IMG/VR virus record: IMGVR_UViG_3300045285_000042
Location: 1-46,212 of that record
DNA length: 46,212 nucleotides
Source: a virus
Taxonomy: Duplodnaviria > Caudoviricetes
Reading direction: 5' to 3' (one strand)
Made by a program: the position numbers and the translations under genes. Below the pieces are notes generated by a model. The model saw nothing but the letters and a program-made list of their open reading frames with translations, did not search any database and was not told the origin of the DNA. This document shows positions 36,447 through 44,799 of the stretch, one piece after another; position 1 is the stretch's first letter, and every line of letters starts with the position of its first letter.

Positions 36447-37391
36447 TCATGGGGGTGGTATCAGTGCTTGTAGCCATGCAATAACTTCAGTTGCAATTTC
36501 GTCGGGGAAGCCGGGTTGCGCTGTCCAGTATTGGAATGCGTGCCGTGTTGCTCCGTTGGTTTGGAAAGCTGCTTCAGTCAGCCGTCTGCCGCCGTAGCTG
36601 AAGCCTATCCCGTCAAGGTAGGTTCGCATAAAGTCGCCCTGCCAATACCTGATGGGGTCGTTGCTGGTGTCGAAGATCATTGTTGGCGAGGACGTGAGGC
36701 TAAATTGGTGGTAAGGCGAGCATAGGTCGCGTGTGCCGCCTACGCCGTCGCAAGCTGGGCCGGTCGTGCAGCCGCAGTAGTTTTGAAAGTCTAGGTTTGG
36801 GTTATTCCCAAGGCCGGGCGGCGAATCAAGTTGGTAGTTGTATGCGGCGCTCAGGCAAACAGCAGCATCAGCCTTGGTTATGGTGGCGGGGCCCGGAATG
36901 GCTATGTCTGCTCCAGCGCAATGCGCGGCGTGACTAGCCCCCGCGCTGCCACCGACAAGGAACACTTGACCGTCTGCCCATGTCCCCGCGTTTCCGTTAC
37001 CAGACCGAATGCTTTCCATTGCCGATGCCACGTCCTGCACTTGCTCAGGGAAAATTCCGTGGTCGGCTGCTGGTTGGCTGAACGGGGCGGCGTGCATTTC
37101 ATGGCCGGGGTCGGCCAGTCTGTATTGCGCGGCCACCGCGTTGTAGCCAGCATAGTAAAGGTCGGTGCAAACATTTAATGGGCCTGGTTCTCCGTACTTG
37201 TATTCTCCAATGTGCAGGACTATGCCGGTTGGCCTGAGAACATCCGTGTGTACAAAGAAATTCCAGTACATGTTGGTTGCTCCGCCGGGGCCAGGGATAG
37301 TGGAAAACTGTTCAAACCCCGTAAGCGGGTCGGGGAACCCGGAGGTATTTGGCGCTTGTTTCCACCTAACATTTATTCTGCCTGTCGCCAT
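36447..37391 (-). CDS. Alpha/beta hydrolase (esterase)
   Basis: A.QYRLA, FPEQVQDV, LVGGSAGA nucleophile elbow, SP...PTMI.....DP, and HAF. TAATG-coupled start. Confidence 0.85.
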   Translation of the reverse strand: MATGRINVRWKQAPNTSGFPDPLTGFEQFSTIPGPGGATNMYWNFFVHTDVLRPTGIVLHIGEYKYGEPGPLNVCTDLYYAGYNAVAAQYRLADPGHEMHAAPFSQPAADHGIFPEQVQDVASAMESIRSGNGNAGTWADGQVFLVGGSAGASHAAHCAGADIAIPGPATITKADAAVCLSAAYNYQLDSPPGLGNNPNLDFQNYCGCTTGPACDGVGGTRDLCSPYHQFSLTSSPTMIFDTSNDPIRYWQGDFMRTYLDGIGFSYGGRRLTEAAFQTNGATRHAFQYWTAQPGFPDEIATEVIAWLQALIPPP

Positions 37392-38326
37392 TACATTTGT
37401 TTCATGTCGGCGCTGGCGTTGCGTAACGCTGGCCAATGCGGCTGGTAATCGCAGTCGCCTTGATACACTTCAATGAAGTGCGCACCAAACCCCATGCCTC
37501 TTGCAAGGCTGTTGTTCATGGCTGCAACATCAGTCTTTTGCGGCAACCCGAACTGGTAGCCTACGCAGGTCTTGGGCGATAAAGCTTGCACTTCAGTCAC
37601 GCCAATGGAGCCTTGCGGTGGGCCGTTGACTGCTAACCCGTCTGACTTAACTCCAAAGCGCCCACGATACTTCTGGTCGGCATAGTTGCAGACAGCTTGC
37701 AAAGCCGCCCTGCCTTCGTCAGTCGGGGCGGGTGCGCCTAAGTCCAGCACAAACCAGCAATGGCAAAGCTTGGCATACTGGTCGATAATCCACTGGGTTC
37801 CAGCCTGCCATGCAGCCATGCCGTCCACGTAACCGTCTGCGCGTGCCTTGGCGTCCAAGGCCGCCTGGTCAACGGCTGAAGTGACAAAGTAACTTTCGGC
37901 TCTGCGGCCATCGCCCATGACTACATACTTCAGGTTGGGGTCGCCGCCAAAATTGGTGAAGAAAGCTCCAAGGAATGAACTCCACTTGGCTTGGAACACC
38001 TTGTCCCACGGGAGCGGCATAAAGGCGATAGGTTCGCCGGGTGTGTGCAAGGTAAACTTGTAAGCCCCGTGGTCGTAAACCCATTGCGGGGTGGTAACGC
38101 CTGCCGTCACCAGTGCTGACCACTTTTTGTTGTATTGCGCTGCCAGCCTTTTGCCTGACGCAAGGAAAGAGAAGTCAACCGTAGGCATTGACGGCTGCAC
38201 CTTGGCCCATTGCGTGCGAACGGATACGCCGTCGCAGACAGGGTTGAGGAAAGCGTCGTCCAATGGCTGCGAATGTTTGCCGACCTGATCGGACGGCGTG
38301 AGATTCATTATTCCTATGCCGAGCAT
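37391..38326 (-). CDS. Glycoside-hydrolase-like TIM-barrel protein
   Basis: DGVSVR..W..VQP....DFS.L, AG..TP.WVY, P.PWD..F...W..F, G.DP, EVY..D, resembling clan GH-A beta-galactosidase/agarase-like N-termini. Confidence 0.7.
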   Translation of the reverse strand: MLGIGIMNLTPSDQVGKHSQPLDDAFLNPVCDGVSVRTQWAKVQPSMPTVDFSFLASGKRLAAQYNKKWSALVTAGVTTPQWVYDHGAYKFTLHTPGEPIAFMPLPWDKVFQAKWSSFLGAFFTNFGGDPNLKYVVMGDGRRAESYFVTSAVDQAALDAKARADGYVDGMAAWQAGTQWIIDQYAKLCHCWFVLDLGAPAPTDEGRAALQAVCNYADQKYRGRFGVKSDGLAVNGPPQGSIGVTEVQALSPKTCVGYQFGLPQKTDVAAMNNSLARGMGFGAHFIEVYQGDCDYQPHWPALRNASADMKQM

Positions 38327-38327
38327 G

Positions 38328-38942
38328 TTAGAAAAATTGTAAGAATTGGCCTTTAGTTCCGGTTGCCGTTGTGGTCGCTATGACTTCTGCCGTTACGCCA
38401 TACCACCTGCTTGTAGTCGTGAATGAAAGTGTCTGTGCGGTCAGGTTGCTGGCCGTTGCGGCTGTGTCGCAGCCGTTGATGCTTGTCTGGTTGGTTCGGT
38501 TGGTAAAGTTTGGGGCCGTGCCACTGGGCGTGCCGTTCATGCCCGCCGTAGCCGAGCCTGCCGCGCCGAAGCCGACAATCACACTGGTTCCGTTGCCAAC
38601 GCTTAACGTAAGCGCCGGGTAACTAATGGTCGTAGTGTTGCCCGCCGTGTTGTTGCCTGCCCCTACGCTTGTCGCTCCGCTAAAGACCAGGCACGCAACT
38701 GCCGTCGCGTTTGTCCATGTGCCAGTCGTTGTCTCGCCGCCAGAAGAAACTTTGTAGCCCGCAATGTAAGATTGCCCCGTGCCACTGTTGGTTGCGAACT
38801 GTGTGTAGCCGCTGCCAATCGTGGGCGTGGCCGCGCTGCCGCCACGATAAGCCATGACCACAATTAAGTCGTTGGCACTTGTGCTGGTCAGCGTTGCACT
38901 GCTCGCGGTGGCTGAGACGGCTTGTGTTCTGGCAATCGCCAT
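38328..38942 (-). CDS. Thr/Ser/Gly-rich beta-sandwich virion accessory protein
   Basis: ANDLIVV....G....PT..SGYT pattern and C-terminal QFLQFF, following the fibre gene. Confidence 0.6.
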   Translation of the reverse strand: MAIARTQAVSATASSATLTSTSANDLIVVMAYRGGSAATPTIGSGYTQFATNSGTGQSYIAGYKVSSGGETTTGTWTNATAVACLVFSGATSVGAGNNTAGNTTTISYPALTLSVGNGTSVIVGFGAAGSATAGMNGTPSGTAPNFTNRTNQTSINGCDTAATASNLTAQTLSFTTTSRWYGVTAEVIATTTATGTKGQFLQFF

Positions 38943-40936
38943 TAGAAATTATTCAGGAGAGCAACCAAGTCCCACTTGGTATCGGCAGAATTGAAAATGA
39001 AACCCATGTATAGGGTCTTGCTGAGAATCGTTGTCGTAGGCAGGGCCAGGTCGGATGACGCCCGCCATTGGCTGCCGCTCCATGTCAGGGCGCGGGCCGT
39101 GCCGTTGTCTTTGACCCGAATCATCAGCTTTTGCATGTCCACTGGCGTGCCGGATGGGTTGCTGATGGTTGTGACCGCTGCCGCTTGTGCCGTGATTTCG
39201 TAAACGTCATCCGTGTCGGCGCTGGGCGACCATGTGGCATTGGACGTGATGGCCGTGACCCTTGGCGTAATCCGCTTGTTGGTCAGCGTAGCCGTGCCGT
39301 CTATGGGGGAATAGCCGCCTGCCGCGTTGTTGTTGACCGCTAAGGCCGTTGCTACGCCCGTGCCGGGTGTGATGGCTGCAAATGTGGCAAGCGTGCCTGC
39401 ATCAGACAAATTGCTAATCTGCGGCTGCGCCCTGCTGATGACGCCGCCTACCGAAATAGTTGTGACGAACTGGTTGCTTACCGATGACCCGCCGATGACC
39501 CCGACAAAGTTGGCGTCGGGTATCCTGAATGTGCGGGTGTTGGCTGTCGTAAGGTTGGACGCGTCAACTACGACTTTTTTGGTGGTGTCAGATGGGTCAA
39601 CTATGACAAAGTTTGTTCCGGCCTTTTGCGTGACGATTGTGCCGTCAGTCGTCATGCTGCTGATGCCGCCGAACGAGCCGCTATTGTCCCATTGCACCTG
39701 GCTGCTGCTGCCACCGGGAGTTCCGGCCCCGCCGCCGCCAGCGAGGCTGGAGCAAATCCAACGGGAGATTACTGCGTCGTAAACGATGAGAGCCGATTGG
39801 CCTACCGAAAGGGTGATGTCTGCGCCGGTGTTGTTGAGAAATCTGTTGGCTGCCGTGCTGCTGGCGCTCTGGTGGGCTATGACAAGGCTGTTCAGGACGC
39901 AGTTGATTATGTGAACTTCGCCAGCCTGCCCGCCTGCCAGCCCGGTTATCGTGCGTGTGCCGTCTGTGCTATAGCGAAGGTGGTATGCGTCAGTTGCGTT
40001 GGTGTAGTTGTTTTTGTCGGCTGCAAACTGGGTTTCAGTTGAAACATCCGGGTAAGCACTGACAACCTGGCCTGAGCCGTTGACGCCGGTGATGACTTGC
40101 CCGGCCCCGCGCGAGCCGGGGATTACTGTTACGCTTGCGCCGTCAGATATGCGGGTGGCTCTGTCTTGCGTCAGGAAGGAAGCGTCAAAGGTAGCCGTGA
40201 AATTGCTGGTCGGGTCGGTAATCCCGGTAATCTGCAAATTATCGGCAAGGCTGGTAAAAGTAATGTCCCTGATGGCGTCAAGGGATTGGGAATAGAAAAC
40301 AACGGCATCAGCTTGGTCGGGTGCCGTGCTGGCCGCAACTGCGCTCCAGCCGTTGACTCCTGTAGTAACCGGCAGGCTGAGGCAGTTGGTCAAGTCGCCG
40401 CTAGCTGGCTGGCCCAATGCAGCCGAAGTCAATGTCGGGCTGTTGATGGTCGGGCTGGTCAGCGTCGGGTTATCGGAAAATACTAAATGGTTTGTGCCTG
40501 TCTCGTTGCTGATGACCCCGGCTAACTGTGCGCTTGTCGTAGCGGCAAACTGGCTCAATGGCTGGCTAACCAAAGCATCGCCCGTGCCTGAGCCTGCTGC
40601 CGTGATGGCGAAGACTACTTCGGGGAAGTCCGAGGGCGGGTTAGTATCGTTGTCAACGTTCCTTGTCGTGCAGCGGATGGTCAAAGCCGTGGCAAACGGC
40701 TGGCTGATGTCTGTGGCTGTCTCGACCAGTGCGGGGCAGGTTACGGTCAGCGTCGGCGTCGTGGACGTTACGGCGCTGTTCGTAATAACCACGTTCGCCG
40801 CAAGGGCGTCGTAGAACTTGACGTAGATGGTGTAGTTGTTCGGGTTATAAATCCGATAACCGTAAATGGAAATAGGGTCAGCACTTAGCTGCTGTTTGTC
40901 GGCGTCAAGCCTTCTGACTGTAATCGGGAGGGACAT
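38942..40936 (-). CDS. Tail fibre / fibre-like structural protein
   Basis: ATTSAQLAGVIS.ETG...LVF, PGGSSSQVQW.NSGSFGG, TLTNKRITPRV, NPSGTP...QKL.IR.KDNGTARALTW. Confidence 0.8.
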   Translation of the reverse strand: MSLPITVRRLDADKQQLSADPISIYGYRIYNPNNYTIYVKFYDALAANVVITNSAVTSTTPTLTVTCPALVETATDISQPFATALTIRCTTRNVDNDTNPPSDFPEVVFAITAAGSGTGDALVSQPLSQFAATTSAQLAGVISNETGTNHLVFSDNPTLTSPTINSPTLTSAALGQPASGDLTNCLSLPVTTGVNGWSAVAASTAPDQADAVVFYSQSLDAIRDITFTSLADNLQITGITDPTSNFTATFDASFLTQDRATRISDGASVTVIPGSRGAGQVITGVNGSGQVVSAYPDVSTETQFAADKNNYTNATDAYHLRYSTDGTRTITGLAGGQAGEVHIINCVLNSLVIAHQSASSTAANRFLNNTGADITLSVGQSALIVYDAVISRWICSSLAGGGGAGTPGGSSSQVQWDNSGSFGGISSMTTDGTIVTQKAGTNFVIVDPSDTTKKVVVDASNLTTANTRTFRIPDANFVGVIGGSSVSNQFVTTISVGGVISRAQPQISNLSDAGTLATFAAITPGTGVATALAVNNNAAGGYSPIDGTATLTNKRITPRVTAITSNATWSPSADTDDVYEITAQAAAVTTISNPSGTPVDMQKLMIRVKDNGTARALTWSGSQWRASSDLALPTTTILSKTLYMGFIFNSADTKWDLVALLNNF

Positions 40937-41106
40937 TAGTGTTTGCCAGCCATCTTCCAGTAAATTGCGCCTGCAACCTTGTCGCCAGCAGCCTTGCTGC
41001 CGTACTCTTTAGCCGCTTTGCTTGCTATCTTGTCAAAGCCGCCAGTTTTGTGTGTGCGGCCCAGCCGTTTAACTGCGGCCATGCCTTTTTTGCCTTTAGG
41101 TTTCAT
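40936..41106 (-). CDS. Small basic protein (56 aa)
   Basis: MKPKGKKG...GFDKIASKAAKEYGSKAAGDKVAGAIYWK, TAATG-coupled to the fibre gene. Confidence 0.65.
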   Translation of the reverse strand: MKPKGKKGMAAVKRLGRTHKTGGFDKIASKAAKEYGSKAAGDKVAGAIYWKMAGKH

Positions 41107-41253
41107 TTGGCTAACTGAATGGCTTTTGCCAGCTTGTTGTGCAGGTCGGTGTTCGGAACAAACCGCAACTGCAAGTCCCGAAGCAGCTTGACTAGCTCCC
41201 CCTGGTCAGCCGGGTTAATGTAGTCCGGGTCTTTATCTATGGGCTTCTCGTAA

Positions 41254-41841
41254 TTAATCTTGCTTTTCATAGTCGGCGTCTAAATCTAAAGGGACTCCCT
41301 CGCGGAGTTCCGTTACCTGCGGCTGTATGGGGGGCGCCCCAATCTTGTCGCGTAAAGCTATAAGCTGCGCCCTAGTCCGTTCGTCGCACACCACAGCCAC
41401 TTGGTTGTGCACATTGATCTGCGTGCCAGCCTTGTCGCCGTAAGTCGCCGGGGCGCACTTGCTAATCCGCCACCTTATCCCGTGCATGACTTCCCTAATG
41501 GCGCTAATCCGTTCGTTCGTTCGCTCTGCCCCTTTCAGGCTCAGCAAAAGCTCCTCAAGCTCCCCAAGCTTGTCCATCAACGGCTCAGCCAGCGCGCCGC
41601 GAGCCTGCATGACTACAGCCGCTAACTCCGAGTCGTTCTTCATCCGGCTGAATACCGCCGAATGGTTTAAGCCTATGCTATTTGCCCCGGCCTTAACGCT
41701 GCCTTGCTCGACAATGGCCTCTGCCAGTTTCTCCCTGCCTTCAGGCGTGTCCAGTATCTTTGGGCTGGCTGGCTCTAAAAACGATGTACAGGGCATCCTC
41801 GTGCGTTCTAGGCCTGCTGTGGTGTCGAGCTTAGATGGCAT
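41254..41841 (-). CDS. terS: Terminase small subunit
   Basis: N-terminal HTH, QAR...A..L.D, and IRWRISK.AP..YGDK signature. Confidence 0.8.
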   Translation of the reverse strand: MPSKLDTTAGLERTRMPCTSFLEPASPKILDTPEGREKLAEAIVEQGSVKAGANSIGLNHSAVFSRMKNDSELAAVVMQARGALAEPLMDKLGELEELLLSLKGAERTNERISAIREVMHGIRWRISKCAPATYGDKAGTQINVHNQVAVVCDERTRAQLIALRDKIGAPPIQPQVTELREGVPLDLDADYEKQD

Positions 41842-41848
41842 TAGCTGG

Positions 41849-42058
41849 CTAGGCGATTAGTTTGTGTCGGCGCAGGAACATGCCAAGGCGTATTGTCCAT
41901 CGCGGCTTGCAGTAGGGGCCTAGGCGGTAATGGCCAACCTGCAATGACCATAGCTCGCCCAGTGGGTCGCTCATGTCTGCCTTAAGGCAAAGTCTCAAAA
42001 GCATGGTTTTTAGGGTTGTAATATAAAAGTCAAGGGACTCCGGCGCGGGCTTTGCCAC
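41849..42058 (-). CDS. Hypothetical protein
   Basis: ORF upstream of terS. Confidence 0.45.
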   Translation of the reverse strand: MAKPAPESLDFYITTLKTMLLRLCLKADMSDPLGELWSLQVGHYRLGPYCKPRWTIRLGMFLRRHKLIA

Positions 42059-42078
42059 GCGGCGGGTGTATGGGGGGC

Positions 42079-42315
42079 CTAGCCTAAAGGCCAGCCATCC
42101 ATGCCAGCCCTGTAGTCAATGGCTGGCTCGGGCCTGTCGAACAGCATGTTAAGCGAGCCAAGCAGATAGTCGGCGTGCATGAGGAAGGGGATGCAATCAT
42201 CACAGACCCTGCCATTTAGCTCCAGATCAAAGGCCCGGCTTGCCCGCTTGGCATTGCAGACTGTGCAGTCCTTGTCCTTGGCTGGCACGGCTCGCATTAT
42301 GCTGGTCTGTGGCAT
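42079..42315 (-). CDS. Small zinc-finger protein
   Basis: CTVC...CDDC. The start is uncertain. A TATAAT lies at 42329-42334 on the minus strand. Confidence 0.5.
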   Translation of the reverse strand: MPQTSIMRAVPAKDKDCTVCNAKRASRAFDLELNGRVCDDCIPFLMHADYLLGSLNMLFDRPEPAIDYRAGMDGWPLG

Positions 42316-42569
42316 AACATCAATGGTCATTATAGTGGCTAGTGACTTCTTACGCAGGCTAGCGGGCTTTTTACGTGCTTGGCTAGCCTGGCTTGGCTGG
42401 CTTGCCATGGCTTGCCTGGCATGTTTAGTTAGTCGCGCGGGTTTGGTTGGCTTGGCTGGCTCAACTGAGCGTGCAAATAAAGCCAAGCAAGCCAAGCAAG
42501 CCACCAAGATCAGCCCACAAAGCCTTCCAGCCTGTTCTCCTGTAAGCAATGCCAATATACCACAGCAAC

Positions 42570-42595
42570 AAAAAAGCCGCCCGTTAAGGCGGCTT
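42570..42595 (-). terminator. Intrinsic terminator
   Basis: Stem AAGCCGCC-cgttaa-GGCGGCTT with an A-tract on its left, just downstream of ORF 42618-42806(-). Confidence 0.8.
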
Positions 42596-42617
42596 GATTG
42601 CTTGGGATTGGCTGGGC

Positions 42618-42806
42618 TTAGCTTGGCATCACATTGTCGGTTAGCCAACGCCGATAGTCTAGCTGTAACGAGTCAAAATCAGCCAATGGCATTGAGCAGC
42701 ATTGAGCAGCATCAAGAAACCTTGAACCGTCAAGCTGCTCAGCATACATAAAATTAGCCATTCTGCGCCATTCTGATTTTTCGTGCCTAGTTGGATGAAT
42801 ATTCAT
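42618..42806 (-). CDS. Small early hypothetical protein
   Basis: Directly preceded by the 35-bp promoter-like element. Confidence 0.7.
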   Translation of the reverse strand: MNIHPTRHEKSEWRRMANFMYAEQLDGSRFLDAAQCCSMPLADFDSLQLDYRRWLTDNVMPS

Positions 42807-42841
42807 GCCACCTTAGTAATCCGCTTTAGCTAATTGTTCAA
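42807..42841 (-). promoter_or_regulatory. Repeated 35-bp promoter-like element
   Basis: TTGAACaattagCTAAAGCGgattACTAAGgtgGC then ATG. Confidence 0.7.
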
Positions 42842-42859
42842 TTAAAAAGCAAAATACTT

Positions 42860-43063
42860 TTAGCTTTGCCAGTCAACGAACCAGTTGTACTTCTCAGCCC
42901 CGCCAGTCAAAGCCGGATTGACTTGCACTCGAACCCAGCGCACAAAGCCCCGCAAAGGCTCAAATACCTTGCAACCCTGCTGGGCCTTGCAATCATGCAA
43001 TACGCTGGACTCGCTTTCGACTTTGGTTTTGCCGCCGCAACCACAATGGAATAGTTTATTCAT
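42860..43063 (-). CDS. Small Cys-containing early hypothetical protein
   Basis: Directly preceded by the 35-bp element. Confidence 0.7.
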   Translation of the reverse strand: MNKLFHCGCGGKTKVESESSVLHDCKAQQGCKVFEPLRGFVRWVRVQVNPALTGGAEKYNWFVDWQS

Positions 43064-43098
43064 GCTCCATTAGATAAACGCTTTAGTAAAACGTTCAA
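43064..43098 (-). promoter_or_regulatory. Repeated 35-bp promoter-like element
   Basis: TTGAACgttttaCTAAAGCGtttaTCTAATggaGC then ATG. Confidence 0.7.
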
Positions 43099-43099
43099 C

Positions 43100-43478
43100 C
43101 TTAATCTTAAAAACCTTTTGCCTTAATAAAAACAGACAGATGAAGCTCCATAGCACGTACAGGTTGAATTACGGCTGTACTGTACTCAGCACGCTAGCCT
43201 GGCCAGCTAAGCTAGCTTGTACAGCTTAGCAAGCAAAGTGTGACCCTTTAGGTAAGATGAGGGTACAGGGCAGGGTAGAGTAGAGAGAGAGAGAGAGAGA
43301 TAGTACACCAAGAGGACCCCTCTTTGATCGAATATTATACCCTCAAATGAGGTAACAGGCTCACGATCCGCTACACGAAACGAGGTAACAGGGTCACTAC
43401 AGGCTCAAGATAGTTACACGTCCGCTACGCTGACTTAAGGCTTGCAGCCCACCACATCCTTACACTATATTAACAAAC
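43100..43478. other. Non-coding, origin-like repeat region
   Basis: AT-rich flank, (AG)9 tract at 43282-43300, GAGGTAACAGG at 43349 and 43382, TCCGCTAC twice, at the strand-switch point. Confidence 0.5.
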
Positions 43479-43724
43479 ATGAACATACACACATATACAC
43501 TAAAGGTGATGAAAGAGAACGGTGGGCACATCTCGACCCGCGATTTAATCCAGTCTATACGCGACGCCGAACCGGAGCGCTGGCTTGGCTATTCCGATTT
43601 GTCGCTGGCTTGGATTATATCCAACAGCCTAAAGCCGCACGGCCTCGAACCTCGCAATATCAGAATAGGCAAGCGAGTTGGCAAAGGCTACAGCAACCGT
43701 GAGACGATTATTACGGACATCTAA
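43479..43724 (+). CDS. Stand-alone paralogue of the C-terminal (DUF3631) domain of the replication protein
   Basis: ISTRDLI...W...AWII...LKPHGLEPRNIRIG....KGY matches ITSFDLI...W...GWIA..LKRYGIEPKNIRTG.....KGY. Confidence 0.8.
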   Translation: MNIHTYTLKVMKENGGHISTRDLIQSIRDAEPERWLGYSDLSLAWIISNSLKPHGLEPRNIRIGKRVGKGYSNRETIITDI

Positions 43725-43743
43725 AAAACATTCCAGAAATATA

Positions 43744-43778
43744 TTGAACGCTTTACTGATACAGGCTACTAATAGGGC
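43744..43778 (+). promoter_or_regulatory. Variant 35-bp promoter-like element
   Basis: TTGAACgctttaCTgatacaggctACTAATaggGC. Confidence 0.55.
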
Positions 43779-43818
43779 AATAAGCAGCAAACCCAAACCA
43801 AAGAAAGACAAAAAGACA

Positions 43819-44019
43819 ATGCAAGCAATCGAAACAAAACCACCATTGCCAGCCTACAGAGTATTTCTTGCCAACGGAGAAAGCTACGTTACCAGCATGG
43901 CTCGCAATATCACGCTGGACAAAGCACGCGCCTATTTCATCGGCGCAAGCATCGACAGGACTATTGACGGCGGGCCTGAGATATTCAGCCGGTGCACAGA
44001 TGTTCAACCAGTAAACTAA
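43819..44019 (+). CDS. Hypothetical early protein
   Basis: V.L.NG.SY.TS....ITL..AR.YF.G pattern, with an A-rich leader. Confidence 0.7.
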   Translation: MQAIETKPPLPAYRVFLANGESYVTSMARNITLDKARAYFIGASIDRTIDGGPEIFSRCTDVQPVN

Positions 44020-44037
44020 CCCAAAGACCAACCAAAC

Positions 44038-44331
44038 ATGAAACCAGACACACAGACAGAGCAGCTACCGCACTACGGCTACAGGCCGCACGAAACTGAG
44101 GAGCGCCATGCTCCATCGCCAAAGCAAAAAGCCTTGGTGCCGCAAGCCGAGCGAGACCATTACCACGCCCAAGCCGACAAACTTGCCGAGGCTTTGAGCA
44201 TGGCGACCGCTACAATCGAGCGATTGCAGCGACATGCACCCGGCAGCGCACAAGGCACGCTTGACGTTGCCGAGCAAGCCCTAGCCGAATACGAGGCGAG
44301 CGGGGGAAAGGAGATGGAAGATGGAAGATAG
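44038..44331 (+). CDS. Hypothetical early protein
   Basis: Helical ORF with an A/C-rich leader. Confidence 0.65.
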   Translation: MKPDTQTEQLPHYGYRPHETEERHAPSPKQKALVPQAERDHYHAQADKLAEALSMATATIERLQRHAPGSAQGTLDVAEQALAEYEASGGKEMEDGR

Positions 44332-44554
44332 AAGATCGGACGCAAGCCTAGCCGCAATTAGCCACATGAGCGAACTACGCAGGAAAACGCTGGAAACCTG
44401 CGTAATGGCACTTTTGGACGTGCAACAAGCCTATCAGGAAATGTTCGACGTAATGCCAGTAGCGTGGCAAACATACGACGATATTGTCACAAACGCCATT
44501 AACGAGGCTGGAGTGCTAGACCCAGACCCAAAGAACAGAAAGCGCAAACTATGA
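44321..44554 (+). CDS. Hypothetical early protein
   Basis: Overlapping ORF with AAGGAG upstream. Confidence 0.65.
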   Translation: MEDRRSDASLAAISHMSELRRKTLETCVMALLDVQQAYQEMFDVMPVAWQTYDDIVTNAINEAGVLDPDPKNRKRKL

Positions 44555-44799
44555 CCACCCAAGAAAAAGCAGACGCACTTCAGATAACCACAGCACAGCT
44601 TGAGAGCGCCAGAGACATAGAGCGCAACAGGCTAAAGGGCCTGACCGACAAAACAAAACCATGGACATACGAGAAGGTTTGCAGCCTTCTAGGCATGTCA
44701 GTAGAACGAACCACAAACTACAACGTTGTAGTTCTGAAAGACGCAATCAACGCCGCAATCAAAGAGGCAAGCAACTGGAGCAACCATGCAAACCAATAA
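44551..44799 (+). CDS. Dispersed member of the WTxE...INAA modular family
   Basis: KPWTYE...DAINAAIKE, with GCAATCAACGCCGCA at 44743. Confidence 0.7.
   Translation: MTTQEKADALQITTAQLESARDIERNRLKGLTDKTKPWTYEKVCSLLGMSVERTTNYNVVVLKDAINAAIKEASNWSNHANQ

Noticed and set aside
36447-38326. Specific host assignment (for example soil Verrucomicrobia)
   Set aside because: The enzymes give only an impression of similarity. A host call needs homology searches or spacer matches that I cannot run.
11669-40814. Numerous plus-strand ORFs opposite the late genes
   Set aside because: They are antisense shadows expected in GC-rich coding DNA, with no motifs or coupling.
42079-42751. Long ORFs of 189 aa (minus) and 190 aa (plus) across the repeat patch
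   Set aside because: They are low-complexity translations that span a terminator hairpin. Only the zinc-finger part looks protein-like.
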